This document shows, one piece after another, positions 1 through 11,601 of a stretch of DNA of 64,000 bases (position 1 is its first letter; every line of letters begins with the position of its first letter). Both the position numbers and the translations under genes were made by a program. The notes under the pieces are model-generated. The model was not told the origin of the DNA. It saw nothing but the letters and a program-made list of their open reading frames with translations, and did no database searches. This DNA comes from the human T2T-CHM13v2.0 reference genome, Homo sapiens. The stretch lies in assembly GCF_009914755.1 (NCBI RefSeq), contig NC_060946.1; one strand, given 5' to 3'.

Positions 1-2310
1 GCAGTTCCAAACTTATTCCATGAAGCCACCATTAGCTCATACCGAAGCCAGACAAAGATACTACAAAAACCCATAGACTAATATCCCTTATGAACACGGA
101 TGCAAAACTAGTCAGCAACATCCTAGCTAACTACATTCAGCAGCATACTAGCAAGATTACAACCCATGACCAAGGGGAGTTTATTATTGGAATGAAAGGA
201 AGTTTTAGCATATGGGTGGTTTCAGTGCAGTGGTGTTTACAAATAATTGATCACAACCAGTATAGATTTCTTTATTCTTTTTCCAGTCTCACTGGTTCAC
301 TTAGCTAGCCTTTCTTAACAAAAGTTTAAGCATATGAAAATTAATCAATGCATATGCCACATTGACAAAATTTTTAAAAAGTATTCTCTCATTAATACAG
401 ATAACATATTTTACAAAATTCAAAATATTTTATAATAAAAACAATAAATTAGGAATAAAAGGAAACTAGCTTTGTAAAATTCACATATAAAAACCCACAG
501 CAAACAACATATTCCAGAGGAAAAGATCAAAAGTGTTTCCTCTAAGCTCCGAAGACAGAGTGAATATCTGCTCTTGCCAGCCACTTTTATTCAACACTGT
601 ATTAGAAGTTTCATTCAGAGAAATTAAAAAAGACAATGAAATAAACTGCATCAAAGTGTGTACAGAAAATATATTCTTATATGTAGAAAATCTTTAAGAT
701 TCCACACAAAAAATATTACAACTAATAAATTCAGCTGAATAGTAGCATACAAAATCAACATACAAAAACAAACTGCATTTTATGTAGTAACATGAATAAT
801 CTGAGAAGAAAACTCTGAAAACAATTCAATTTACAATAGTATCAAAAGAATAAAGTAGTTAGGAAGTAACGAAGAAGTAAAATGCCAATTACTCTTGTGT
901 AGATATTAAAAAATCAATTTTTAAGTTTATGGGGAATCTCAAAGATCTTTAAATTGCAAAAATAATTTTGAAAAAAATACCAAAGTTAGACAAGTCACAC
1001 TTAATGATTTCAAGACTTACTACAAAATTCCAAAATAGCATGCTACAAAGAGACTAATGGAGTAATATAGAAGGCCCATATAAATAAACCCTCATATATA
1101 AGGTCAAATGATTTTTATGGGAAATGAACTGCCTTTACAACAATTAGTGCTGGGGAAATTGGGTGCCCACATGTAAAAGAGTGAAGCTGGGCCCTTAACT
1201 TCTACTATAAGAAAAAATTAACTAACTGGATCAAAGACCTAAATGTAAGAGCTAAAACTACAAAATTCTTAGTATAAAATGTAGGTAAAACACGTCATAA
1301 GGCTGGATTTGGCAGTGATTTCTTTTAACAGGACACCAAAAACGCAAGAAACAAAAGAAAAATAGATAAAGAGGACTCTATCCAGAATATACAAAGAACA
1401 ATTCAGCAATAATAAACTACTTGTTTAAAATATGGGCAAAATACTTAAACAGATATTTCTCTAAAAATTATGTGAAGTGGCTTATAAGCCCATGAAAAGG
1501 TACTCAACAAAACCTTTTCATTTTCATTAGTAAAATGAAAATCTAACCCCAAATGACATATCACTTAATGCACATCAGCATAACTAGTACAAAAAGAAAA
1601 AAAAACAGAAAATCACAAGTGTTGGTGAGGAAGTGGAGCAGTTAGAACCCTTGTACACTTGGTGGAAATGTAAAATGCTGCAGCTGCTATAAAACAACAC
1701 CATAGTAACGAAATAATTTACACTCAAAATCACCGTATGATCCAGCAATTTCACATCTTGGTATGTTGCAAAAGATGTGAAAGCGAAGACACAAAATAAT
1801 ACACGTACACCTAAGCTCATAGCAGCATGACTCACATCACTCAAAAGGTTTTTGAATTACCTGTGTTGTTTGAATTATCATCAATGAATAAATAGATAAA
1901 ATGTGATTTATACATACAGTGGGATATTATTCAGTTATGAAAAATAAGGAAATTCTGACACATGGTACGTCATGCATGAACCTTAAGGACATTGTGCAAA
2001 GTGACATGAGCCAGTCATAAAAGGACAAATACTGTATCATTCCACTTATGAGATACTTAGAGTAGTTAAATTCTGGAAACCCACGTAGAAGAGTGGTTCC
2101 TAGGAGCTGGAGGGGGAGTAACAGGGAGCTGTTATTTAATGTGTATTGAATTTTGGTTTGGAAGTTGAAAAAAGATCCTTATGAATGGGAATAATAGTTG
2201 CAAAACAATGTGAGTGTAGTTAATTTCTCTGAGCTGAACACTTAAAATAGTTAAGATGGTTAATTTTATGTATACTTTGCCAAAATGTAAAAAATATTTT
2301 TTAAATAAAC
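1..2310 (+). mobile_element. Old LINE-1 (L1M/L1MB-like) ORF2 remnants and 3' end, degenerate
   Basis: ORF 90..308 begins [19 protein letters not shown], matching L1 RT 'MNIDAKILNKILANRIQQH'. An L1M-type 3' end lies at ~1900-2300 (ggaaattctgacacatg...aaggacaaatactgtatcattccacttatgag). Many stops. Confidence 0.85.
214..313 (+). pseudogene. Y3 RNA retropseudogene inserted in L1
   Basis: gggtggtttcagtgcagtggtgtttacaaataattgatcacaaccag...cacttagctagccttt follows the hY3 sequence (GGCTGGTCCGAGTGCAGTGGTGTTTACAACTAATTGATCACAACCAG...CACTTGACTAGCCTTT). 14-bp TSD aagttttagcatat (200-213) / aagtttaagcatat (322-335). Confidence 0.92.
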
Positions 2311-2901
2311 AAACTATAGCTATCTGCAATAGCATGAATTAATATCATAAATATAAAGTTGCCTAGAAGAAAGTAGATGTAAAAGTATACATATTATATA
2401 ATTTCACTTATATAAAATCCAGAAAGTGAACACAACTGAGGTTCTGGTTTCCAGTAATAATGAAGTAGACTAGTTCGTTGAATAACTATTTCACAGATAA
2501 CAATAATAAAGCTTAATAAAATACTATATTTTGCTATATAGAAAGGCACACTGTTTAGAAGACTGAATGAAGATTTTATCTATGCCACTGTGGAAGAGAT
2601 AAGGATTGGGGTTTGAATCTATTCAAATTAACTCTCTCTTAAAATAATAATTTTCAAAGAAATACAACAGAATCCAGAGTCCCTGTAGTTCCTATCACAC
2701 AATTTAAAAATTCATGAGATGTGTGAAGAAGCATGAAAGTGTAATCGATTCACAAGATAAAAAGCAGACAATAGAACCTATTCTCAAGATGTGCAAGATG
2801 CTGTAATCAGTAGATAAGATTTGAAAGAAGCTATGGTAAGTACGTTCATGGGGGTAAAAGAAAACAGTCTCATGACAAGTGAACAGAAGCGTAACTGTAC
2901 A

Positions 2902-3354
2902 TTTCATGCGCGTCCGTGTGAAGAGACCACCAAACAGGCTGTGTGTGAGCAACATGGCTGTTTATTTCACCTGGGTGCACGCGGGCTGCGTCCGAAAAGA
3001 GAGTCAGCGAAGGGAGATAAGGGTGGAGCCGTTTTATAGGATTTGGGTAGGTAAAGGAAAATTACAGTCAAAGGGGGTTTGTTCTCTGGCGGGCAGGAGT
3101 GGGGGTCGCAAGATGCTCAGTGGGGGTGCTTTTTGAGCCAGGATGAGCCAGGAAAAGGACTCTCACAAGATAATGTCATCAGTTAAGGCAAGGACCGGCC
3201 ATTTACACTTCTTTTGTGGTGGAATGTCATCAGTTAAGGTGGGGCAGGGCATATTCACTTATTTTGTGATTCTTCAGTTACTTCAGGCCATCTGGGCGTA
3301 TACGTGCAAGTCACGGGGGATGCGATGGCTTGGCTTGGTCTCAGAGGCCTGACA
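2902..3354 (-). mobile_element. HERV-H solo LTR (LTR7), close to consensus
   Basis: Reverse complement runs TGTCAGGCCTCTGAG...CACACGGACGCGCATGAAA, with TATAAAA and AATAAA. 'taca' flanks both sides. Confidence 0.95.
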
Positions 3355-3390
3355 TACACTCCCAGTCTTTTGGTCACAGGGCTGTGGGAC

Positions 3391-4420
3391 TGAGGAGGGA
3401 AATTAAAGAAAAATAAAATTAAAAAGAAAGAGAAATAAATTTTCTTGTATTGGGCTGACTTGTCCCAGAGGCTTCAACAGGCACAGCCCAGAACCAGGAA
3501 TAGTCTTGATAATATTATCTAATGTGCTCTGGAGGTTCTCCCAACGCTCCCCCAACATCGGGAAAAGAAAAACAAATTTCCTTTTTTTACGGAATGAGTT
3601 TATAGATTCTTGTTCTCTGTAACTAGTGACTTCAAGTATTCTGTTTTATCTAAGAAGTACAATGTAAGTCATGAGAAGCCTGAGTAGGCTGAACTACAGC
3701 TGTTTGGGCACCATAGTGAGGGTTATAGGATAAGCCCATGCCCAGGGAAACCTAGAAAATGGACATGTGGGTTGCTTGGCAACGGTCATGTGCAATCCTG
3801 TCTGTCCTGCCTCTGTATCCCTGCTTTCACGCCACTGTAAACTTGCTTCAAGCTAGCCCACCACCTTTTGTGAAATGTGCATAAAAGTCAGGTTCTGTCT
3901 TTGTTCCGGGCCCAGTCTTTTTGATGTGAGTTAGCTTGTCCTCAGTTTCATGCGCGTCCGTGTGAAGAGACCACCAAACAGGCTTCGTGTAAGCAATAAA
4001 AGCTTTTAATCACCTGGGTGCAGGCAGGCTGAGTACGAAAAGAGAGTCAGCAAACGTAGATAGGGATGGGGCCATTTTATAGGATTTGGGTAGGTAAAGG
4101 AAAAAGGGGGATTGTTCTCTGGCGGGCAGGAGTGGGGGGGTCACAAGGTACTCAGTCGGGGAGCTTTTGAGCCAGGATGAGCCAGGAGAAGGAATTTCAC
4201 AAGACAATGTCATCAGTTAAGGCAGGAACAGGCCATTTTCACTTCTTTTGTGGTGGAATGTCATCAGTTAAAACAAGAACCGGCCATCTGGATGTGTACG
4301 TGCAGGTCACAGAAGGTACGATGGCTTAGCTTAGGCTCAGAGGCCTGACACTGAGTGCACTCAATAAAAATTCTCCTGTTTCAACCCGGGGTCTCTCTCA
4401 TCCTCCTGAATCCCGCAACG
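3391..4420 (+). mobile_element. ERV1 solo LTR (LTR6-like), inserted in a 139-bp satellite unit and interrupted by an LTR7
   Basis: Starts tgaggagggaaattaaagaaaaataaaattaaaaag and ends aataaaaattctcctg...tcccgcaacg. Flanks ggac/ggag. Satellite sequence lies on both sides (3355-3390 and 4425 onward). Confidence 0.75.
3946..4350 (-). mobile_element. Second HERV-H solo LTR (LTR7-family, shorter variant) nested in the LTR6-like element
   Basis: Same termini as 2902-3354 (tttcatgcgcgtccg...aggcctgaca), with ATTAAA polyA signal. 5-bp TSD ctcag/ctgag. Confidence 0.93.
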
Positions 4421-7310
4421 GGAGAATTCCAGCATGCACCAGGTTCACGGGACAGTGCGCGGTCACTGAAAGAAGAGGGGGGCGGGGAGGGTGGTGTGCG
4501 GCTGTGAGCACCTCTTGTGCTTGCTGGGAGATGTAGTCTTATAAAGACTCCCAGCCCTTTGGTCACAGGGCTGCAGCACCCCAATTCCAGCATACACCGG
4601 AATCAGAGACAGTGCGCGCTGGCAGAGGAAGAGGTAGAGCTGTGCGTGACTCGCTGGGCTTGATGGAAAATGTAATCTCATGAACACTCCTTAATGAACA
4701 GTGCGCCTCACTGGAGGAAAAGGCGGGGCTGTGCAGGCCTTGCTTTGCTTGCTGAGAGATGCTGTCTCATAAACACTCCCAGCCCTTTGGTCACAGGGCT
4801 GCAGGACTACATTCCCATCATGCACCGGGATCAGGGATAGTGCATGTGCCTGGGTGAAGAGACACAGTTTTGCGAGCCTCCTTTGGCTTCCTGGGAGATG
4901 TAGTTTCATAAAGACACCCAGACTTTTCATTACAGGGCAGCCGGACTACAATCCCAGTATGCACCAAGATCAAGGATAGTGCGCGTAACTGCAGAATGAG
5001 GCGGCATTGTGCACGCCTCGCTGGACTTGGTGGGATATGTATTCTCATAAACATACCCAACCCTTTGGTCATAGGGCGGGAAGACTACAATCCCAGCATG
5101 CACCTGGCTAAGAGACAGTGCCTGTCACTGGAGGAAGAGGCGGAAGACTACAATCCCAGCCAGCACCGGGCTCAGGGAAATTGTGCGTCAGTGGAGGAAG
5201 AGGCGGGGTTGTGTGCTACTCGCCAGGCTTGCTGGGAGTTGTATTCTCATAAAACCTCCCAGCCCTTTCATCACAGGGCTGAAGGACTACACTTCCAGCC
5301 CCAGCATGCACTGGGCTCAGGGACAGCGCGCGTCACTGGAGGAAGAGGGAGGGCTTTGCGCTTCTAGCTGTGATTTTTTGGGAGATGTAGTCTCATTAAC
5401 GCTCCCAGCCCTTTGGTCACAGAGATCCAGGACTGCAATCCCAACATGCACCCAGCTCAGGGATAGTGCGCTAATCACTGCAGGAAGAGGCAGGGCTGTG
5501 TGCACCTCCTGGGCGTACTGGGAGATGTATTCTCATAAACACTCCCATCCCTTTGGTCATAAGGCTGCAGGACTACAATCCTAGCATGCACCCAGCTCAG
5601 TGACAGTGCGCTAGTCTAAGGAGAAAGAGGCAGGGCAGTGTGCGCCTTGCTGGGCTTCCTGGGAGATGTAGTCCCATGGCGTCTCCCTGCCCTATGGTCA
5701 CAGTGCTATAAGACTACAATCCCAGCATGCACGGGGCTCAGGGAGAGTCCACATCACTGCAGAAAGAGGGGCAGGTTGTGCGCACCTCGCTGCGTTTGCT
5801 GGGAGATGTTGTTTCATAAAGACTCTCAGACCTTTTGTCACAGGGCTACAGGACTACAATCCCAGGATGCATCGGGATCAAAGCAGTATGCGACACGGGG
5901 AAAAGATGCGGAGCTGTGTGCGTCTCCCTAGGTCTTCTGGGAGATGTGGTCTCTTGGCCCTTTGGTCACAGGGCTGCAGGACTACAATGCCAGCATGCAG
6001 CGGGTTCATGGACAGTGTGTATCACTGGAGGAAGACGTGGAGCTGTGCGTGCCTCGCTGGGCTTGCAGGGAGATGCAGTCTCATAACTACCCCAGTCGTT
6101 TGGTCGCAGGGCTGCAGCAGTACAATTTCAGCATATCTTTGGCTCAGGGAGAGTGCACTAGTCACTGAAGGAAGAGGTAGGTCTGTGCGCACCTCTCTGG
6201 GCTTGCTGGGAGAGGTAGTCTCATAAACACTACCAGCCCTTTCATCACATCGCTGTAGGACTACAATTCCAGCATGCACGGGGCGCCGGGGCAGTCCGCC
6301 TCACTAGAGGAAGAGAAAGGCGTGTGAGCGCCTTGCTGGGCTTTCTGGGAGATGTTGTCTCTTTATTTCTCCCAGCCCTTTGGTCACAGGGCTTCAAGAC
6401 TACAATCCCAGCATGCATCCTGCTCAGGGACAACGCGCGTCACTGTAGGAAGAGGTGGACCTGTGCTGTTCTCGCTATGCTTTTTGGGATACGTATTCTC
6501 GTAAACACTCCCAGCCCTTTGGTCACTGGGCTGCATCACTACAATCCCAGCATACATCGGGATCAGGGAGAGTGCGCTAATCAGTGGAGAAAGGGGCGAG
6601 GCTCTGCACACCTCGCTGGTCTTGCTGGGAGATGCAGTCTCATAAACACTCCCAGCCCTTTGGTCACTGGGCTGCAGCGCTACAATCCTAGCATGGACCG
6701 GGCGCAGGGAATGTGCGCGTCACTGGAGGAAGAGGCAGGGTTGTGCAAGCCTCTCTGGGCTTGGTGGGAGTTGCAGTCTCATAAACACTCCCAGACCTCT
6801 CATCACCGGGCTGCAGGACTACAATCCCAGCATGCACCCGGCTCAGGGAGAGTGCGCATTACTGGAGGAAAAGTCTAGGCTGTGGATGCCTCCTTCTGCT
6901 TGCTGGGAGATGTAGTTTCATAAAGACTCCCAGAACTTGTGTCACAGGGCTGCAGGACTACCATCCCATTATGCACTGGGGTCAGGGACACGGCCCGTCA
7001 GTGGAGAAAGAGGCGGGGCTGTGTGCGTCTCCTTCGGCTTGCTGGGAGATGTATTCTTATAAACACTCCCAGCCCTTTGGTCAAAGGGCTACAGGACTAC
7101 AATCCCAGCATGTGCCAGTCTCGGGGGCGAGGTACAGGCCTGGAAGAAGGGGCAGAGTGGTACACGCCCCACCTAATATGCTGGGAGCTGTAGTCTGTTA
7201 ACTGCTCTCAGCCTGTTTGTCGGTGGGCTTCAGAACTATAATCACAGCATGTACCGGGACCCGGGGTGCATAGCCCTGGAGGGAGGGGCAGAGCGGTGTG
7301 GACTTCCCGG
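4421..7310 (+). repeat. 139-bp GC-rich tandem satellite, ~20-21 units (ACRO138-like)
   Basis: GACTACAATCCCAGCATGCAC recurs at ~139-bp spacing (e.g. ~4805, 4944, 5083 ... 6816, 6955, 7094). By-eye consensus: ggactacaatcccagcatgcaccgggctcagggacagtgcgcgtcactggaggaagaggcggggctgtgcgcgcctcgctgggcttgctgggagatgtagtctcataaacactcccagccctttggtcacagggctgca. Confidence 0.93.
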
Positions 7311-8099
7311 TGTCCAAAGCACTGCTGAGTTCTTATGCTATGCCGACTCTTTGCCAAGGAGAATGAGTACATAGGTGGACCTAGAGGACAGGTCTGCGCT
7401 GAGCATTGAGGAGGGTATTACCCTACATAGGCACCTTACCTTTGCCCAAATCGGGCGGGTTGTCCTCAACTGATTGGCCCTATCCTTCTCAAGTTCCTCT
7501 TTCAGCTGCACCCAGGGTTCTTTCCAGAGCATTGCGCCTTCTGCAGCCCAGGGCGCTGCCTTCTTTCCTAAACTGCTGTGGAAACTGTCCTGATGTCTGA
7601 GACACTGTCCATTGTGCCGCAGCCCTCTTTTTTCTCTAGCCAAGCCTCATGCTCAACAGCTTTTGAGAGAAATCTTCCACGTGGCCTGCTTATGAACAGC
7701 TTCAGAATTCTGTAGGGGGTGACAAGGTCTGTGGCTTCCTGGAAATGTCACTCTCAATGGCGCCTTTTTCACGAATGTGAAAGTTGAGGCATCAGGAAGG
7801 TTAATTATTGGGTTGCACAAAATCTGCTAAGAGCAAAGGAGAAAACCTCATTTCCGAGGCATGAGTCTTGTGAGCCATTTTCATCAACCCATTTAAGTGG
7901 ACAAGCTCCAAAATGAAACCTGAAGCTGCTGACTATTTAGGCATTTTACACTTGAAATCATCGGTCTCATCTCAAGTCACTCCTGACTTGCCAGTGTCTC
8001 AGAAACACAAATGGGACCGGATCCCTCAGGAGCAGATAGTGTTCCAGCTTTGTTGGAGCGACATTTAAGATGTGGAGCACTTGGGGTCGTTTGAAACCC

Positions 8100-11000
8100 G
8101 CTATCTTCAGTAGGGACTTTTACTTCTAGAGAACATGTGCATTTTGATTTTATCTGTCCTCAAACTGAACTTTTGCTCATTTTAATAGTAAAAACACATT
8201 CCTAGGTGGAGACTTAAGATGCTAATGAGACATGCAATGTATGCACAAATATGTACAGTTAGTGCACATGTGCACCCAGAAGACCACTCAAAACATGCTT
8301 ACACTAACACTTCTTTCCACCTTCTTATGAATAATCGTGCAAAACCCCCAGAAGGAGGGTTTCTCCAGTAACAATTAATGGTGTCTCACTCTTATGAGCA
8401 GCCTGCCCTGGAATCTCTTTCTCAGAATGTACCGTCTATTCTGCACTTAATTTTCAAAGTAGTCTTTTCTTTTTTTGTGTGCAATAAATTACTCTATGCT
8501 GTACTTCTTTTGCTGTGTGTTTCTTGTTTAAATTCTTTTAAACTAAGAAAATAAGAATCAAGGTATTACATCAGCCATCAACATTTCTTTTGCCATGGCC
8601 TGGAGAGAGGTCTGTCCGCTTCACTGATTTCACTTTCCCTTTACTTGCCGTGAATACTGTGGCACTTCCAGACTACCTGGTTAACTATCGCTGGTTCTTC
8701 CAGCACTGTTTCACTAAAGTTCTGGGGAAACCCTGTCCCTTTAGGCTTTATGCATTTCCCAGCTCCTTGAAATTGTTCTTCAACAGGCTTTCTTTGCTGA
8801 ACAAAAGATGCACAGTCATGGATATGCCCAGTCATAGGGATTGAATCTGAGCATTGCAGGTGTTATAATTGGGCATCATAAATGGCAAACCACTGAATTA
8901 GGGAAAGGCTTGTCAGCCAGACATCTGCTCCCCAGCGAGCAGTGGGGGTCATCTCGGCAGGGCTGGAGATGTCCAGCGCTGGTGAGAGCTAGGACGGTGC
9001 ATGGCAAATGCCTATGACCTCCTAGAGCTTCAGTTAATGGGGTTTCAAGGGGATGAGTTGGACAACTTGGTGGTTCCACTTGGCTCATGGGGCTGCCCAC
9101 AGCCTCCTGGACTTTAGTACATGTTCTGTCGTTTGCAGGATTCTCTTGGCACCATGGGAATCACTTCCTCTACTGTCACTGAAACACACCTGGGATGTAT
9201 ATTTAAAAATTGAAACAGCTTTTGGCTAAATGAAGCAAAAAAACAATTATCTTCTTTTGTAAAACTATTTAGCCTGCATACAGATTAGCTGACAAAACAT
9301 GGCTGGAGAATGAGACTGTGAAATTTAACACCATCATACAGCTAGATCTTTTCTGTAGTAATCAGGGAAAATGGTCTGAAGTATCCTATGTGCAAGACTT
9401 TCTGGCCCGACAACAAAACCCAGCTCTATGCAGCACCTGTGGGCTAAAGCCTAGTAAGCCACAAAGCCCCTCAGAACCATTAGAAGATCATTTGTTTTAT
9501 GGGCAAGGGACTCCAGACCCCACAGCCTAATACCAGCTCCAGATAGGGGCCCTCAGAGGCCTACACCTGCTTTAGAATCCCCAGCGTCCCCACACTATCA
9601 GAGTCTTCTGTAGAATCTAAGCTTGTTTAACCTCCTCCTTATGCTCCTCTATCAGCCTTGCCAGTTACAATAGAGACCAGTCCAGCTGCAGTTACTCACA
9701 GTGGAGCTTCACACCATGCAGGGCCAGAGAATTTGATCCGCTTACAGAAAGTCTCAAATGGAGAGAGGACCATCAGAGTGCTTCTTCTCTTCCCAGTAAA
9801 TGATCTAATCCAATGTAAGCAACAGCTCTGATGGCTCTCAGACAACTTCAGCGCGTTTACTGAAGCCTTCCAGTCTCTAACTTTGACCACCATTCAACTT
9901 TACCATCCATAAACGGACCCAATGACTGCTGCCAACTCAGCTGCACAAAACTTTTTCTTATTTGCGAAAAATAGAAAAGACTTAAAACTTTTGCTGCTTT
10001 CACCATTTTAAAGCAGAATACTTTTGCAGCACAAATGTCACCATAAGGTGGATCCTTGGGAATCCAGTATAAACTATCTCAGAAAATCTCAGTGTGTCCC
10101 CAACAGGCAGCAGAGGGCCTCAATAGACTTCAACAACATCTGGACTCCATGGCCACTGCATTCCAACAAAATCAAAGAGCCTGGGATCTTCTCCCAGCCA
10201 AGCAAAGAGGAACATGTTTATATCTAAAAGAAGAATGCTGTTTTTTGAGATCAATCATTCTGGTTTATTCCAAGAAAATATTAATAATATCATCACCCAG
10301 GCAGACAAAATTGAATCTCTAGGAACTTCCATGGGAACATGAAAGCGATGTCCATTGCCTGCCTTGCTCTCTTTAATAGTACCCGTCATTATTATATTTT
10401 CAACTTCTACTTTTGTTCCAATTTTGTTTAAAATGTTAACTGATTTCCTGCTATGTTGCTTGTGGCAGCTCCATGTTTGCATGATGGTTTGCAAGGCTTT
10501 CAATCTTTGGCTGCCAACATCTTCCCACTGGTTCCACGAACGACATGGTTTACACCCTGTTAGATCACACAGGAAGAAACTTTAAGGCCCAGGCTAGGCA
10601 GAAGTAACACCCACTCAGCAGGAAACAGCTCCAGAAAAAGTGGTCTAACCCCTCAACCTCCAATATGGTTATTGCCCTAAAATCTCTTAGGGGGAAATTG
10701 AGGCAGAATAGATAGTACAGAAAATGACCATGATCTCAGGATACAGAAACCATGGTGACTGTACAGCCAAAACAATAAGCCTTAGCATTCGCATTGTAAT
10801 TGGGCTTATTCGAGCAAAGCTATCCTCATTAAGGACTTTCTGTTCTAGAGAGCATGTGTATTTTGATTTTACCTGCCCTCAAACTTAAATTTTGCTTATT
10901 TTAATAGCAAACAATGCACCCCCTAGCCAGGCACGGTGGCTTATACCTCTACTCTCAGCACTTTGGGAGGCTGAGGAAGATGGATCACTTCAAACTAGAA

Positions 11001-11601
11001 GCTCGAGACTAAACTGGCCAACATAGAGAAACCCCGTCTAAATTAAAAATACAAAAATTAGCAGGGTATGATGGTGCATGCCTGTAATCCCAGATACTCA
11101 GGAGGCAGAGGCACGAGCATGGCTTGAACTCAGGAGGCAGAGGTTGCAGTGAGCAGAGATCACACCACTGCACCCCAGCTTGGGCAACACGGCGAGACTC
11201 TGTCTCAAACAAACAAACAAACACACAGAAATACACTCCTGGGTGGAAATATAAGATGCTAAGGAGACATGCAACATATGAACAAGCATGTACAGCTACT
11301 GCGCATATGCACCCAGAATACCACAGAGAACATGTTTACTAGCAACTCCTCTTCCCTCCTCCTTATTAATAATAATGTAAAACTGCCATAAAGGGGTTTC
11401 TCCAGCGACAGTCCACGCTGTCTCACTCTTATGAGCAGTCCGCCCTGGAGTATCTCTCTCAGGGTGTACTGTATTCTGCACTTAACTTTCAAATATTTTC
11501 TTTTCCAATAAATTATGCTGTACTTTTTTTCTTTGTGTCTCTTGTTTAAATTCTTAAAATCTAGGAAGACAAGAACAGAGGTATCACATCAGTTGTCAAC
11601 A
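8100..11601 (+). mobile_element. Defective ERV1 provirus: 5'-truncated LTR (8100-8583), gag remnant, pol deleted, env TM remnant, 3' LTR (10699-11601)
   Basis: Two homologous LTRs end in ccatcaaca/gttgtcaaca. Gag MA motif FNTIIQLDLFCSNQGKWSEVSYVQ (9318-9530). Env ISD and CX6CC motif QQNQRAWDLLPAKQRGTCLYLKEECCF (10056-10322). PPT ttagggggaaat precedes tgaggcag. Confidence 0.88.
10925..11230 (+). mobile_element. Alu inserted in the 3' LTR
   Basis: Dimeric Alu with A-rich linker and (AAAC)n tail; absent from the 5' LTR. Confidence 0.95.

Noticed and set aside
2902-4350. Two same-strand LTR7 as the ends of one mini HERV-H provirus
   Set aside because: They differ in length and subtype, the inner one has its own TSD, and the intervening DNA is satellite plus another LTR rather than HERV-H internal sequence.
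4421-7310. Regularly spaced conserved motifs resembling a CRISPR array, and many overlapping ORFs (e.g. 6324..6878, 184 aa)
   Set aside because: The intervening sequence is itself repeated, so there are no unique spacers. No cas genes, primate context. The ORFs are translations of a GC-rich tandem unit.
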